Source: Antedon mediterranea (lineage: Eukaryota > Animalia > Echinodermata). From it: 64,000 bases of DNA. Location: positions 17,208,912-17,272,911 of the forward strand of contig NC_092675.1 in NCBI RefSeq assembly GCF_964355755.1. Direction: 5' to 3'. A model generated the notes under the pieces. That model was given only the letters and a program-made list of their open reading frames with translations, ran no database searches and was not told where the DNA came from. The first letter of the stretch is position 1; each line of letters begins with the position of its first letter. This document shows, piece by piece, positions 61,580-64,000 of the stretch. Both the position numbers and the translations under genes were made by a program.

Positions 61580-62558
61580 TTTCTGTTTCTAATGCAAAAA
61601 ATGGTTTTCAATACAAACACACGAAACCAGACGCACAGGTGAGTCACTTAATATGCAACTATATGACCTGATAATAGTTAAATATGACTACAGTAGGTCT
61701 ATATCATTCCACCCTTGCGAAAGACACCGCTTCTTGAATACCGTTATTTCGTATTATAAATGACGAAAAATATCTTCCTCCTCTCCTTCTCAGGTCTGCT
61801 TACAACATTACTGTGATTACGTTACGCTTCAGCAATCCCTAACAAAAATTAAGGTCAAAGTTAAGCACGGAATATGATTGGCCAAATGGTGATTGGCTAG
61901 TAATTTAATCCAATCAACCAAGGCACAAATATATATTTTTGATAAAAGAATATTTGAGTATGTCCTCAAAAGTAAACTGCATTATAAAACAATTGTATGT
62001 AATGACAAAAAAGTGTTTGTAAAATATTCTCACTTTTTCAACAAATTTTGTTATGTTGTCTTGTCATGATTGTTGTTATTACTTAAACCAGAGAGTTGTT
62101 AATTAGCAACTCCCTGATTAAACCATTACAGCAACGCGGTGCTGTGTTTCGATCCACCGCGCCGTAATTGGTAGAATTAAATAATACAATATAACATAAA
62201 AACAATACAATCAATTAAGGCTACTTAACCCTCGACTCGAGTTAAATATAAAGGATCTCAAAAAACTAATTGGGTTACAAAAGACGCTAAAATTATGTAT
62301 ACACATTGACTTCCGTAGGCCTACAATAAACTTCCACTTATCATAAAAAGATATATTAAAGTATGAAGTACGGTAAACTAAAAAACAGTTTAAAAATTGT
62401 TTTAATAAAATAAAATAAAGTATGTTACCCCAGATTATCGTACACGTGGGGTCCGGGTTTTATTTGTGTTTTGATGCCCTACAAATTACGCTACACAAGT
62501 CGGAACGATTTTTCATTAATCATTAATAAACATGATATAGTCAATAAAATACTCTTAA

Positions 62559-62908
62559 AGATGTATTGTCCCCCTGAAAAAATAATTCTTAAAAAACATT
62601 TTGTTAAATATTCCATTTTAATGTAACATAGGCCAAATAGTAATCCACTTTGACCAAAAATTTGATTAAAAAAATGTATTTACCTGAAAAAAAATGTAAT
62701 TTATGCAAAAACTGGTCAAATTGGCTGCCAGCCAATGGGTTTTGGTTGAATTTAACCATTTATTTTGTCATTTTAAATATGAAAACATTATTTGTTTTCG
62801 TTTTTTTTCTATGGAAGTGTTTAGCTTTATTAAAACTACAAAAAAAAAATATTCAAAGTCTGATTTAATTAATCTTCATTTTTCATGTTTTTGAGGGACA
62901 ATACATCT
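62559..62908. mobile_element. Kolobok-like non-autonomous element; related inverted fragments at ~41790-42000, ~54800-54915, ~55470-55567
   Basis: TTAA-AGATGTATTGTCCC ... GGGACAATACATCT-TTGA; internal TTGGCTGCCAGCCAATGG block shared with 41837-41862. Confidence 0.7.
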
Positions 62909-64000
62909 TTGAGAATGGGTGAAACAGAAAATTAACAATATATACGATAACAAAATAATTAACGAAATAGCTATAAAAGCTATACAAAAAGTTCAATTTA
63001 CACACAATAAAAAGGGAATACATTATGTTTATTTTCATTTTAATTACATTTTCAAACACTGCAAACAAAACATATTCATGTTTTTATTGCTGGAAACGTT
63101 GATCGTTAAAATGAAATGTATACGTCACCTATAATAAAAGTTCACGAAGGTCGGTATTTTAAGAGCAAGTGCGAAGTGTAAGAGGGGGGTCTGTTTTGTA
63201 TCACTATGGCAGCAATATAACAGATCTATCAATATACTCTATTGTCTTTGCAGGGAGTTTTAACAGCTCCTTTAGTCTTTGTACTTGGTAGCTTAATGCA
63301 TGTGACAATAGTATCTGTGAATCTTCTTCATAAGATTAGTAAGAAGCATGAGTCGGTGAGGTTAAAATAACTTATTTAACGGTAAGATTTTATCTTTTTA
63401 TTGGCGTAAAATTTAATAAAACATACAGGGCAAAGCGGAAGATTTGCTTCCTGTATGTAATGCATATGTATAGGCATAGACTCATGCAAATGCTAGGCAA
63501 TTTGGTTAAATCTAAAATAATGAATTCAAACTTTGATAGGAAATCCTCTTATCTTGATATAGATGATATTACAATATAAGTTGTATTTGTAATTGTATGA
63601 TGATCTTCAAAACAAAACAAAAAATCAAATTCGGATTCCTTATACGGACCCATAAAGGCCATATCAATTATTACGAAGAATTTTATTTGTATCAACGGCG
63701 TGGATACACCTCATCATACCTTACCTTATTGACCTCTCCCCTTAAAGAGTACATCAACATTATTTTTGGTCTAACAAGAACAACTGTTCAAATGGGGGAC
63801 AAATGTGATTGTGGAATGGATGTTTTTTTTTAAATGTTATACCGGGTAACCTCTTCAGTCAAAGACTGATTTCCCAGAAGGCCCCAGTTACAGTGGCCAT
63901 GTGAACTATGAAAATACAGATAGATATGTGGTCAAGGACCACTCTATTACATTTTGGAGGCAATCCGGAACACGGTCCCAATTCTGGACCACTTTTTAGT

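Overview
AT-rich, intron-containing animal (eukaryotic) genomic DNA, most consistent with a marine invertebrate deuterostome such as an echinoderm (inferred from Deu/Nin-domain SINEs, a CYP46-like gene and the TE spectrum). Three host genes were reconstructed by hand from GT-AG exons with consistent phases: a CYP46A1-like cytochrome P450 (+, 5754-14611, first coding exon not found in the window) and two convergent SLC1/EAAT glutamate-aspartate transporter paralogs (+ 21051-27869, 503 aa; - 61579-33566, 508 aa). The rest is dense TE material: a young L1/Tx1-clade LINE at 1-~5180 with an apparently uninterrupted ORF2, several CR1/L2-like and RTE-X-like LINE remnants, a Gypsy RT relic, Harbinger/Kolobok/Tc1-type MITEs, Helentron/Helitron-type elements, and tRNA-derived SINEs. 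Best candidates for novelty: (1) a 263-codon hydrophobic third ORF between ORF1 and ORF2 of the L1/Tx1 element, overlapping the ORF2 start; (2) a (TA)n-embedded composite with a Penelope-type hammerhead ribozyme core, a 76-bp foldback and an internal tRNA-like cloverleaf; (3) a 52-bp satellite built from a Helentron-type terminus; (4) pervasive putative DNA-transposon excision footprints, including P-element-type mini-palindromes with 7-bp TSDs. All calls are by eye; no database searches were run.
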